Shown here one piece after another: positions 1-7,964 of a stretch of DNA of 64,000 nt. The stretch comes from a virus: the IMG/VR virus record IMGVR_UViG_3300020182_000007, one strand, 5' to 3'. Numbering within the stretch: position 1 is the first letter of the stretch; every line of letters starts with the position of its first letter. Below the pieces are notes generated by a model. That model made no database searches. It was not told the DNA's origin and saw only the letters and a list, made by a program, of their open reading frames with translations. The translations under genes were made by a program, and so were the position numbers.

Positions 1-225
1 AGTTTTACCTGTTCCTGAAGGACCTGCAACAGAACAAGATCTGTTATTTGGCCATCCTTTAAAAAGAGAACCACCAACACACGCATTCAAGTGATAGTTT
101 CCCGTGTTAATCCATTCAGTAACTTCAGAAAAAGTGGACTGGTCCATAACAGATCCAAGGGGATTTAATTCTGCTAACTCTGCATTTAAATCTGCAAAGC
201 TAAATGTTTTATTATTTTTTGCCAT
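1..225 (-). CDS. uvsX: RecA/UvsX-family recombinase, N-terminal part (runs off the window edge)
   Basis: Not in the ORF track. Manual translation gives MAKNNKTFSFADLNAELAELNP...EWINTGNYHLNACVGGSLFKGWPNNRSCSVAGPSGTGKT, with the RecA-type 'I.TG.Y.LN...GG' segment and Walker A GPSGTGKT. Confidence 0.9.
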   Translation of the reverse strand, partial: MAKNNKTFSFADLNAELAELNPLGSVMDQSTFSEVTEWINTGNYHLNACVGGSLFKGWPNNRSCSVAGPSGTGKT

Positions 226-403
226 CGTTTTTTAATATATTTTTATCTAGTTCTCGAAGAGCCGTAAGCTCTTCTATTAATTTGTCAGCCTCTGCGCTTA
301 AGTTTGACATTTTGTCTTCAAGAAATAATAGTCTAGTATGTACCTTTTTATACTGTTCTACGATCTCATTTTGCTCGTCGCTAAGTTTAGTTGAATCTAT
401 CAT
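212..403 (-). CDS. hypothetical coiled-coil protein (63 aa)
   Basis: ORF tiles between neighbours on the coding strand; helical, charged composition. Confidence 0.7.
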   Translation of the reverse strand: MIDSTKLSDEQNEIVEQYKKVHTRLLFLEDKMSNLSAEADKLIEELTALRELDKNILKNDGKK

Positions 404-579
404 TTTTTAACTTTTTTAACCTCACCAAATATATTTATTTGACCCGGAAGCTGTTCATCATTAACTTTTTGGCTTTGAGCATCTTTCATACTCCGTATAA
501 GCTCTCTTATACATGCTCCAAATGCCATGTTATTTGGATTTTCTCCTTCTAGTTTGTATAGTATTTCTTTTAATTCCAT
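400..579 (-). CDS. hypothetical protein (59 aa, MELKEILYKLEGENPNNMAFG...)
   Basis: Not in the ORF track. Manual translation fills the gap exactly; its TGA overlaps the next ATG (ATGA) and it has an A-rich leader. Confidence 0.7.
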   Translation of the reverse strand: MELKEILYKLEGENPNNMAFGACIRELIRSMKDAQSQKVNDEQLPGQINIFGEVKKVKK

Positions 580-584
580 TTTTT

Positions 585-1787
585 TTAAAATAATGCAGAT
601 GCGTAAATTAAATTAGTATCTAGTGTTTGTAAACCGATTGCCTTTAATACTCTATTTAAAGGATCAATCATACATTTTTCAAATTGTGTATCGTAGTCAA
701 TTGGTGGAGCAAACTCATAAGGATGTTCGCTTGGCATGTATGCAAACACATCGCTAATGTTATCCTTAACGCTATAGAGTTTTAACTTTTCACCGTTACC
801 AATTAACTTGTACTTATTCTTATATTTTTGATTATTATTTAGTAAGTAATTATAGAAACCAGCAGCCTTTACATTAGGTGGACATTTAAGGCCAACTTCT
901 AATGAAATCTGATCATCAACGATATATTTTTCAATATTATTAGTTCTTTTATTAAAGGCTATATCGTCAATATCAGCGAGCACAAACTCTTTTTTAGTTT
1001 GCTTCATAAAGATAACTAGTTCTTCTAATTCTACAGCTGTTGGTTTTTTATTCTTTGTAAAAAGTAACTTAAGAGCATCTACTAATTTCTTTCTTGCGAA
1101 AGGAGGAGTAGATGATTGAATTGTATCGTATCCTATTGTTTTTACTTTCTTTAAAGAAGCATGCCTGTCAGTTACCTCTAGCTTATCATCCCATGCTATG
1201 TTTTGTATATACTTCTTTTTTGCTAACCATATACCAGAGTATGCTACTGTTTCAAGTTCAAATTGTAAGAAATTGTCAGTGTTTCTGATTACAGCATACC
1301 TCTCCATTGTCTTAGCAATATATTCCCTTAGTCTAAAGTTATAGATTTGAATAATAAAGGTATCGATTGTAAGCTCTTCTCCTAGCCACTCTATTGAGTT
1401 GTACATTTCTTCAAACTGTACATAGCAAGAATCCGTGTCTATGTAAATTACAGATGGTCTTTCAAGCTGATGCCTTACCTTAATATTAAAATGCTCATGA
1501 ACAATTGCGTCCTTGTGGAAAAAATCATGAAAATACTTATTTAATATATTTTCTGAGTAAAGAATAGCGTCCTGTCCCTGTAATGTAATAGATTCTGCTA
1601 TATCTATATTGAAGAAGTGAAACCACTTATTACCAAACGCACCATAAATAGAGTTCAAAGTAACTTTTACCGCTTGTTCATACGCTGTATATTTAGCAGA
1701 GAGTGCCTCATATTGTTTAATGAGGCTCTCTGCTTCTTCTTTAGTCAATTGATCAATTGGTTTGCTCTGTAACCCAGTCACGTCCAT
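585..1787 (-). CDS. polB: family B DNA polymerase, C-terminal subunit (fingers/palm/thumb)
   Basis: Motif B KVTLNSIYGAFG, motif C YIDTDS, KKKY motif, hydrophobic clamp-binding-like tail LIYASALF. Lacks the exonuclease domain and motif A. Confidence 0.95.
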   Translation of the reverse strand: MDVTGLQSKPIDQLTKEEAESLIKQYEALSAKYTAYEQAVKVTLNSIYGAFGNKWFHFFNIDIAESITLQGQDAILYSENILNKYFHDFFHKDAIVHEHFNIKVRHQLERPSVIYIDTDSCYVQFEEMYNSIEWLGEELTIDTFIIQIYNFRLREYIAKTMERYAVIRNTDNFLQFELETVAYSGIWLAKKKYIQNIAWDDKLEVTDRHASLKKVKTIGYDTIQSSTPPFARKKLVDALKLLFTKNKKPTAVELEELVIFMKQTKKEFVLADIDDIAFNKRTNNIEKYIVDDQISLEVGLKCPPNVKAAGFYNYLLNNNQKYKNKYKLIGNGEKLKLYSVKDNISDVFAYMPSEHPYEFAPPIDYDTQFEKCMIDPLNRVLKAIGLQTLDTNLIYASALF

Positions 1788-1788
1788 A

Positions 1789-2532
1789 TTATGCAGTTTG
1801 GCAGGTTGAAACTGTTAAAAGAGTTTCACTGTCTTTAGATGCAAATACTACCTTAGATGAAGAAATATAAACATTTTGTTCTTCTTTATCAAGAAGGTTT
1901 AAATACTTTTTGTATACTGTAACATTTCCATCTCCGTTGCTTTCTGGATTAATCACCACGTTAAATGATTTACCTTTAACGTTAACTCCATTAGCACCAG
2001 ATTTAATAGCAAACGTTTCGTCTTTATCAAGTGAAAATAAGTTTTTAACCTTTCCAATTGAATATGTGTCTAATTCAAAGTTAAACGAAGTATCATCTTT
2101 TGCAAAGATTACGTTAATTTGTTCTTGGGTAAGATCTTTAAATCCAAGAGATGGTTCTGAACATGAAAGAGTAATCTCTAGTTCGTCATTAAAAAGACGA
2201 AGTGTAGAAGCTACTAGATCTTCATCATTCTCAATAAATTCGATTTCACCTTTAATTGAATCATTGTCAAAATGCTTGATCGCATCAATAACTTTAGCTC
2301 CGTCAAAAAATGCTATTTTCATTTCTTTACTAGTTTCCGGTGAGTTAGCAAGTTTAAAAATAGTGTCAGTGTTTACCGCATGATATTTTACAGCGTCTCT
2401 TTGTGGAAGATACACTGCCGAAGTTATACGGTTTTCATCCATTTTCATGTAGATGAAAGAATCAATTAACTTTACACGGTTAATAAAGTCTGTTAGTGAG
2501 TTTTGGTCAACTCGATCAATTACTAATTTCAT
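1789..2532 (-). CDS. probable DNA polymerase sliding clamp (gp45-like)
   Basis: 247 aa, acidic, alternating beta/alpha pattern, directly upstream of the polymerase subunit. No diagnostic motif, so the call rests on size and context. Confidence 0.55.
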   Translation of the reverse strand: MKLVIDRVDQNSLTDFINRVKLIDSFIYMKMDENRITSAVYLPQRDAVKYHAVNTDTIFKLANSPETSKEMKIAFFDGAKVIDAIKHFDNDSIKGEIEFIENDEDLVASTLRLFNDELEITLSCSEPSLGFKDLTQEQINVIFAKDDTSFNFELDTYSIGKVKNLFSLDKDETFAIKSGANGVNVKGKSFNVVINPESNGDGNVTVYKKYLNLLDKEEQNVYISSSKVVFASKDSETLLTVSTCQTA

Positions 2533-2558
2533 ATTTTTTTATTTGTTTAAATTTAAAG

Positions 2559-2585
2559 TTATATGGGGATATATCGGTTTGTTTC
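2559..2585 (-). promoter_or_regulatory. putative promoter GAAAC-N16-ATATAA
   Basis: Minus strand TGAAACAAACCGATATATCCCCATATAAC upstream of the clamp gene; the same motif and spacing recur at 7860, 19769 and 19925. Confidence 0.7.
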
Positions 2586-2601
2586 ACTGGGAAGTAGACA
2601 T

Positions 2602-2632
2602 AAAAAAACCTGAACTAAAAGTCCAGGTTTTT
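2602..2632 (-). terminator. intrinsic terminator
   Basis: Minus strand AAAAACCTGGACTTTTAGTTCAGGTTTTTTT: stem-loop plus U-tract after the ORF ending at 2659. Confidence 0.75.
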
Positions 2633-2658
2633 AATAGTTTTTGTTATATTATAAATCT

Positions 2659-3105
2659 TTATGCTTGTTTCCAACCGTTTTTACCTACCTCTAAGTTTGA
2701 CATTGCTTTTATAACATCATCAATTGTAGCAACATTACCTTTTGTTACATACCAATTGCGTTTGGTACGACCTCCGCTGCCGTCTGTTGGTTGTGCGACT
2801 ATCTGCATTTCTTTTGGTGCCAATGGTTCATAATCGTCAGAGTTAAGAATTCTCCAAGTAAAACTATAATCCAAATCTTTTATTCCAAATATTTCAGTTC
2901 CGGTATTTCCTTTAGTCTTTGTATTCATGGTAAAAAAACCATGGCTATAGTCTACTTCCCATGTTGTAATCCCGGTTGCCTTAATTAATTTTTTTGTTAG
3001 TTCTGTACGTTCTTTTAGCCTTAACTTAGCATCTTGATTAGAAGTACTATCATCAGCGAATTGAGATTCATTGATAAACTGTTCAAATAATTTAATGTGT
3101 TTCAT
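2659..3105 (-). CDS. hypothetical protein with capsid-targeting-like N-terminal tag (MKHIKLFEQFINES)
   Basis: ORF track; the N-terminal motif is shared with many ORFs in the window. Confidence 0.75.
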   Translation of the reverse strand: MKHIKLFEQFINESQFADDSTSNQDAKLRLKERTELTKKLIKATGITTWEVDYSHGFFTMNTKTKGNTGTEIFGIKDLDYSFTWRILNSDDYEPLAPKEMQIVAQPTDGSGGRTKRNWYVTKGNVATIDDVIKAMSNLEVGKNGWKQA

Positions 3106-3121
3106 TTTATATTTTGTTTTA

Positions 3122-3382
3122 TTAAACTGAATAACCGGCGTCTGATAAGTACGATTGTACTACGTCAAGTGCATCATCAAATCCTTTGTTTTTTTCTACA
3201 CCCGCATTTGGTCCCCATTCTTCTTGCATCCAGTATTCTAATGACTCAAATCCTTCGTCTTCCCAATCTCTGTTTTTTGGAAATTGAGACTTAAATTCAT
3301 CTCCAATATTATAAGGATCTATATCATCCCATGATTTTCTACCTTCTGTGATAAACTGTTCGAATAATTTAATGTGTTTCAT
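3122..3382 (-). CDS. hypothetical protein with capsid-targeting-like tag (MKHIKLFEQFITEG); start probably 3382 rather than 3397
   Basis: The second ATG begins the shared motif; the GATATATA motif lies upstream at 3409-3416. Confidence 0.75.
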   Translation of the reverse strand: MKHIKLFEQFITEGRKSWDDIDPYNIGDEFKSQFPKNRDWEDEGFESLEYWMQEEWGPNAGVEKNKGFDDALDVVQSYLSDAGYSV

Positions 3383-3408
3383 AATGTTTATTTTCATTTT
3401 TTATAATC

Positions 3409-3416
3409 TATATATC
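3409..3416 (-). promoter_or_regulatory. putative late promoter GATATATA (one of about 11 copies)
   Basis: tatatatc on the + strand at 3409, 6398, 15572, 19926, 20102, 33506, 39903, 47201, 48544, 55970 and 61347, mostly at or near gene boundaries upstream of minus-strand genes. Confidence 0.65.
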
Positions 3417-3430
3417 TTTTATTTTTACAA

Positions 3431-3469
3431 ATAAAAAGGGCAGAGATAGTAGCGAACTTTTCTCTGCCC
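3431..3469 (-). terminator. intrinsic terminator after nrdA with an unusually long loop
   Basis: Minus strand GGGCAGAGA-AAAGTTCGCTACTA-TCTCTGCCC-TTTTTAT: perfect 9-bp GC-rich stem plus U-tract. Confidence 0.8.
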
Positions 3470-3516
3470 AAGCCGTAACTATTACGGTCCTAAAATCCGA
3501 TCGTATTTCAGATCGG
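3438..3516. ncRNA. three-hairpin structured element containing 23S rRNA helix-69-like sequence
   Basis: Three adjacent stems (GGGCAGAGA/TCTCTGCCC, CCGTAA/TTACGG, CCGATC/GATCGG). Positions 3472-3493 GCCGTAACTATTACGGTCCTAA match conserved 23S rRNA 21/22, and GTAGCGAA lies at 3449-3456. Confidence 0.55.
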
Positions 3517-3523
3517 CGTTTCT

Positions 3524-5149
3524 TTAAGCTCCGCAGCTATCACAATCAAGAATGTCTCTTGCAAATGACTGTGCTGAACTTTGACTAAATTGATAATATA
3601 GCGTCTTTACTCCCTCTTCGTGTGCATATAAATACAATTGATTAATATCCTTTGCTGCTACACTTGGGTGAATCATTAAATTTAAAGACTGTGATTGGTC
3701 AATAAATTTTTGTCTCTGTGCTGCCTGTAGAATTAATTCCTTTGGGCTAATTTCAATAAATGATTTAAATACTGCCTTTGTTGGAAAGTCTAAGTGTTGT
3801 ACACTTCCATCTTTCTTTAAGATGTCCTCCCATACCTGTGGAGTGTTTAATCCGTATTTCTCTAATTCAGTTATTAAGTGATTATTTTTGTATATTGTCT
3901 TGGATTTTGCTAAATCTTTTACGAAATAATTAGATTTAATTGGTTCTATTCCCATGCTTACTTGACCTAGAATAAATGAACTACTTTTTGTCGGTGCGAT
4001 TGCAAGCAAAGTTGAGTTTGCATATCCTGGTCTAATTGATTTAATATCTTTCTCATCATGTAGCCATCTTGAAGCCTTATCGCTTCTCTCTTTTAGCGTT
4101 GAAAATATATCATGGTTAATTGCCTTTGCTGCTAATGAATTAAATTCAATAAGTTTTGATTGAAATAGTGAATGATATCCAAGTACTCCTAATCCGATAG
4201 CTCTGTGCTCTTTTGCAAATCTATGAGCTCTTGCCATTCCTGGTAAGTTATATGATTTCTTAACAAATTCATCCATTACTGCGTTTAAGAACAGTACGTA
4301 TGTCTCAATTGCATCAGTTTCTTTAATTTCATCCCAGTGTAAAAGATTTAATGAACCTAAACAACAAACAAAAGAATTAAATGAATCTGTTGGTAATTGA
4401 ATTTCAGAACATAAATTTGAAGCTGTAATTTCAAGTCCTAATTCTTTATAGGGAGAATTATTATTAGAGTTGTCTTTAAACATGATATATGGAAAACCAA
4501 ACTCATTGCGCTTTTGAATAACTTTAGCCCATACTTTACGTTTATCTGCATCACCATCTTTCATTTCTTGAATCCATTTGTCAGTTACCGTAACTCCATA
4601 TTGTAGATTTTGAATAGGGTTTCCTTCAGTTCCAATATCTAAAAATTCTAAAATGTCATTATGTTCTATTGGCAGCCAAGCTGCGCATGCACCTCTTCTT
4701 GCTTCGGATTGTTTACATACATCGACAGTAGTATCATACATTCTAGCATAGTGTACTGGTCCGTCTGCTGTCCCTCCTGTAGAAATACTTGCACCTCGCT
4801 CTCTAATGTTTCCTAAATAAACTGAAGTTCCGCCTCCATATTTTGACATCATTCCAATCTCTCTTGAACCGTTTAAGATACTATCTAATGTGTCATCTAC
4901 GTTTGATCCATAACAACTGATTGGAAGTCCTTTATCTTTTCCAAAGTTAATCCAAACTGGAGTTGATAAACTATAAAAACCCCTGGTCATATAATCCTCA
5001 AACTTATGCGCAAATCCTTCTATCTTTAAATATCTTTCTGCCGTGTTTGCAATGTCCTTAATCCTCTGTTCCGGTGTTTCCGAAATGTAACCTCTAGATA
5101 GAAACGTCCTGCTATCCTCGTTTAACCAGTAATTTTTTTCGTATTTCAT
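3524..5149 (-). CDS. nrdA: class I ribonucleotide reductase alpha subunit (short, no ATP cone)
   Basis: PISCY, SNLCSEI (Asn/Cys/Glu active site), VCCLGSLNL, KTLYY radical-transfer tyrosines, C-terminal CDSC; 541 aa. Confidence 0.95.
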   Translation of the reverse strand: MKYEKNYWLNEDSRTFLSRGYISETPEQRIKDIANTAERYLKIEGFAHKFEDYMTRGFYSLSTPVWINFGKDKGLPISCYGSNVDDTLDSILNGSREIGMMSKYGGGTSVYLGNIRERGASISTGGTADGPVHYARMYDTTVDVCKQSEARRGACAAWLPIEHNDILEFLDIGTEGNPIQNLQYGVTVTDKWIQEMKDGDADKRKVWAKVIQKRNEFGFPYIMFKDNSNNNSPYKELGLEITASNLCSEIQLPTDSFNSFVCCLGSLNLLHWDEIKETDAIETYVLFLNAVMDEFVKKSYNLPGMARAHRFAKEHRAIGLGVLGYHSLFQSKLIEFNSLAAKAINHDIFSTLKERSDKASRWLHDEKDIKSIRPGYANSTLLAIAPTKSSSFILGQVSMGIEPIKSNYFVKDLAKSKTIYKNNHLITELEKYGLNTPQVWEDILKKDGSVQHLDFPTKAVFKSFIEISPKELILQAAQRQKFIDQSQSLNLMIHPSVAAKDINQLYLYAHEEGVKTLYYQFSQSSAQSFARDILDCDSCGA

Positions 5150-5161
5150 GTGTAATTTTAT

Positions 5162-5380
5162 TTAATTATTGTTATTTCCCCCTTCTGTTTCAATCCATAC
5201 ATGTGCTCCACAACTTAGGGGTTTATCAGGGCTATACACTACTTTGCTAGGACCTAATATTTTTACTTCATGTGCATATGTATTATCCTTGTATGTTTTA
5301 CAAGTTAATACAGGATCTTTAACATTGTTCTTTCTATTAGATTTTATTACGTGTTGGTTAACGTGAATAATTGTTTTCAT
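5162..5380 (-). CDS. phage hypothetical protein (72 aa) between nrdB and nrdA
   Basis: Tiles between the RNR genes; IHVNQH...YSPDKPLSCGAHVWIET resembles a small protein recalled from other phages (unverified). Confidence 0.75.
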   Translation of the reverse strand: MKTIIHVNQHVIKSNRKNNVKDPVLTCKTYKDNTYAHEVKILGPSKVVYSPDKPLSCGAHVWIETEGGNNNN

Positions 5381-5383
5381 AAT

Positions 5384-6364
5384 TTAAAACAAATCATCTT
5401 CAGTAATTGATTTGCTTTTCTTATTATAATCGGTACTTTTCTTGTAGAAGAAATCTCCTTCTTTAGTTGCTGTAATTTCTACATCAAACCATAATGTCTT
5501 TTCAATTTCAGTAAAATCAACATCAAATACAGGTTTCATACCGATGCGAGTTAATGAGTTATTGAATCTGTTTTTAATAAAGTTCTGTATAGTTTCTTTT
5601 GACAAAAATGAAAGTTCACCTTGCTCAAAGATCCAATCTAATATTTTACATTCAGCAACATAAGCCTTCTTGCATGCTGAATCTATTAGTTGTTCAAACT
5701 CCTCATCGAACCATTCTGGATTTTCTTCTTTAATAATATTAATAAGTTCTGATCCAAAGTTTCCGTGAATTTCTTCTTCTTTTGATGTTGCTTCAACTAC
5801 ATTTGAGATTCCTTTAAATAAGTTCTTCTCTTTGTTAAACGACATCATAATTAAGAACTGACTAAACAGACTTACATGTTCTATAAATAATGAGAACAGT
5901 AATACTGATTTAGTATACATTTTATCATCTCTACTTCTTGTACCGTCTAAGTATTTCTTTAAGTATGAAATTCTGTCTTTAATTGCAGGAATTTCAACTA
6001 CACTTTTAAAATCATCTTCTAATCCAAGGACTCTAAGTAATTGTGCGTAAGCATCTTTATGTCTTACTTCAGATTCTGCAAAAGTCATTCCAACATCACC
6101 AACTTCTGTAATAGGCATTCTTTTATAAAGATCTGCCCAAAAAGTTTTAACATTAACTTCAATTTGTGCGATCGCAAGCATTGCTCTCTTAATAACTTCT
6201 CTTTCAGAATCAGAAACCTTAGTTTTAAAATCGTCAATATCTGTAGTGAAGTTAAATTCGGTATGAATCCAATATGAGTGTCTAATTGCGTCTTTATACG
6301 CTAACAATTGTGGGTATTCATATGGTAATATATTTGTTCTCGGTTGAAAAATGTTTTTATTCAT
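5384..6364 (-). CDS. nrdB: class I ribonucleotide reductase beta subunit (class Id-like)
   Basis: Ferritin-like ligands E69, E99-x-x-H102, Y106, IEHVSLF and EEEIHG; Lys73 at first ligand +4; C-terminal DFFYKKSTDY. Confidence 0.95.
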   Translation of the reverse strand: MNKNIFQPRTNILPYEYPQLLAYKDAIRHSYWIHTEFNFTTDIDDFKTKVSDSEREVIKRAMLAIAQIEVNVKTFWADLYKRMPITEVGDVGMTFAESEVRHKDAYAQLLRVLGLEDDFKSVVEIPAIKDRISYLKKYLDGTRSRDDKMYTKSVLLFSLFIEHVSLFSQFLIMMSFNKEKNLFKGISNVVEATSKEEEIHGNFGSELINIIKEENPEWFDEEFEQLIDSACKKAYVAECKILDWIFEQGELSFLSKETIQNFIKNRFNNSLTRIGMKPVFDVDFTEIEKTLWFDVEITATKEGDFFYKKSTDYNKKSKSITEDDLF

Positions 6365-6438
6365 ATCTTATCGTAGCTGTGTTTTATTTAGTTAATCTAT
6401 ATATCATATAGATGGTATCATGGCTTATATCTATAAAA

Positions 6439-7842
6439 TTATTTTTCAAATCTTTTTTTGAGTTCGTGAGCCTTTTCGTAATACTGGTACGATAATTTCT
6501 TATAATCTTTTCGTTGCTCATACAAGTCTCCTAGTATGTTTTTAAGAACTGAATCTTCTTTCTTATATACAACACCATTCTCACAAACTATTTCTTCTGT
6601 ATTCTTCCTGCGTTGCTCTATTTGAGTCTTAGGTATTATATCTACATATGCTTCTGGTGATATATTAAACTGTCTCATTACTGAAGGATATAGTGAAGCA
6701 AAATCAAATGCGCTTACTCCAGAATAATATCCAACTATTGGTTGTTTTACAAATGCACCTGCGTATTTGCCATCTTTTTGATTATCTTTCTGATTATAAT
6801 CAACCCCAATCTTGTGATTTTGCTCAGCCATCTTACGAGCCATTAATGCTTCGGTTACTGCAACGGGGCTTGCTGCTTTGTATAAAGGCATTTGTGTAAT
6901 CGTTGCAAGAGTAAGTAAAACTTCCATTGATTTTAATTTTTCGTCAATATAATATACTAAAATAGAATCTACTACATTATAAAACACATACTTTTGAAAA
7001 TCATTTTCATAAAGATCTTGTAGAGAGCCCGTGTGCTTTATTTTAGCAACATCAAGAACTTGGCCAGCAACAAAATCAAGGCGATTTGATTCTTTTACCT
7101 TTACCGATCTGTCATATTTGTCATATAATTGCATATAATCTAAAATACCCATATGTAAAGGTCTACTATCGTTACTATCAAGAGCTCCTGTTACTGCAAT
7201 TTCAGTTAGATCTATCTGGAGTCTTTTACAACGATTTACAATATACTGCCAGTCATAGTTTATAAAATTCCATCCTGTCATCATTGGGAATTTAGGTAGG
7301 AATTTATGCAAGAACGTATATAACATGTTGTATTCATCCTTAAATTTATAGTAGCTAAACTCCCAATCTTGATCGTATTTCCTAAAGTGCTTTAGTGTGT
7401 CATCCTCAATCTTCTTGATTTGTTCGCTAGATAAATCATCAAGACCTAAGACGATAGCCTTGCGTTCAGGTGTAATAATGGAGAACGCTAATATTCTAGT
7501 TCTAGCCTCTTCCGCTTTTGGAAAACCATCTACTATTTCGGTTTCAATATCGACAAAATATGTTCTTGGCATATTAAACTCGAATATTTCTTTCCGATCA
7601 TTCTCAGGAAGAGAATCCATAAAATAGACTAGAGAAAACTTATTAAAGTTTCTAGAGCGCTGTCTTTTAAGAGGACGTCCATCCCAATTTGTATATGTTT
7701 GATCTTTCCACTTTTCATCTTCACCAGCAACTACCCAATTTTCAAATTGAGATACTGGATACCTTTTAAAGGCTACCTTGCCTTCTTTGTTGTAGTATGA
7801 AACAATGACTTCGTTGGCTTTTTGTTCAATATCTAATAGCAT
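6439..7842 (-). CDS. polB: family B DNA polymerase, N-terminal subunit (3'-5' exonuclease plus motif A)
   Basis: Exo I FVDIETE, Exo II GWNFINYDWQY, Exo III YNVVDS, motif A FDFASLYPSVMRQFNISPE. Ends in the first fingers helix (EQRKDYKK...). Confidence 0.95.
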   Translation of the reverse strand: MLLDIEQKANEVIVSYYNKEGKVAFKRYPVSQFENWVVAGEDEKWKDQTYTNWDGRPLKRQRSRNFNKFSLVYFMDSLPENDRKEIFEFNMPRTYFVDIETEIVDGFPKAEEARTRILAFSIITPERKAIVLGLDDLSSEQIKKIEDDTLKHFRKYDQDWEFSYYKFKDEYNMLYTFLHKFLPKFPMMTGWNFINYDWQYIVNRCKRLQIDLTEIAVTGALDSNDSRPLHMGILDYMQLYDKYDRSVKVKESNRLDFVAGQVLDVAKIKHTGSLQDLYENDFQKYVFYNVVDSILVYYIDEKLKSMEVLLTLATITQMPLYKAASPVAVTEALMARKMAEQNHKIGVDYNQKDNQKDGKYAGAFVKQPIVGYYSGVSAFDFASLYPSVMRQFNISPEAYVDIIPKTQIEQRRKNTEEIVCENGVVYKKEDSVLKNILGDLYEQRKDYKKLSYQYYEKAHELKKRFEK

Positions 7843-7859
7843 TCTAATTATTTTAGAAG

Positions 7860-7886
7860 TTATATTAGCTAAAGTTGTATTGTTTC
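7860..7886 (-). promoter_or_regulatory. putative promoter GAAAC-N16-ATATAA
   Basis: Minus strand AGAAACAATACAACTTTAGCTAATATAAC, 18 nt upstream of the polB N-subunit start. Confidence 0.7.
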
Positions 7887-7908
7887 TAACATATTTGCTA
7901 GATTACAT

Positions 7909-7940
7909 AAAAAAAGCCTAGATTTCTCTAGGCTTTATTT
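7909..7940 (-). terminator. intrinsic terminator (possibly bidirectional)
   Basis: AAAGCCTAGA-TTTC-TCTAGGCTTT perfect 10-bp stem flanked by A/T tracts. Confidence 0.8.
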
Positions 7941-7964
7941 TAATTCGATGATACTCAAATTATT

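Noticed and set aside
3449-3493. I-CeuI-type homing site, or rRNA gene/attP fragment
   Set aside because: No homing endonuclease or integrase is in the window, the two half-sites are in reversed order, and rRNA similarity does not extend beyond about 30 nt. It is kept only as the RNA-element finding.
1787-6439. Intron or intein explanation for the split polymerase
   Set aside because: The interval holds ordinary genes with terminators and promoters; both halves have independent starts and stops; no intein or group I/II features were seen.
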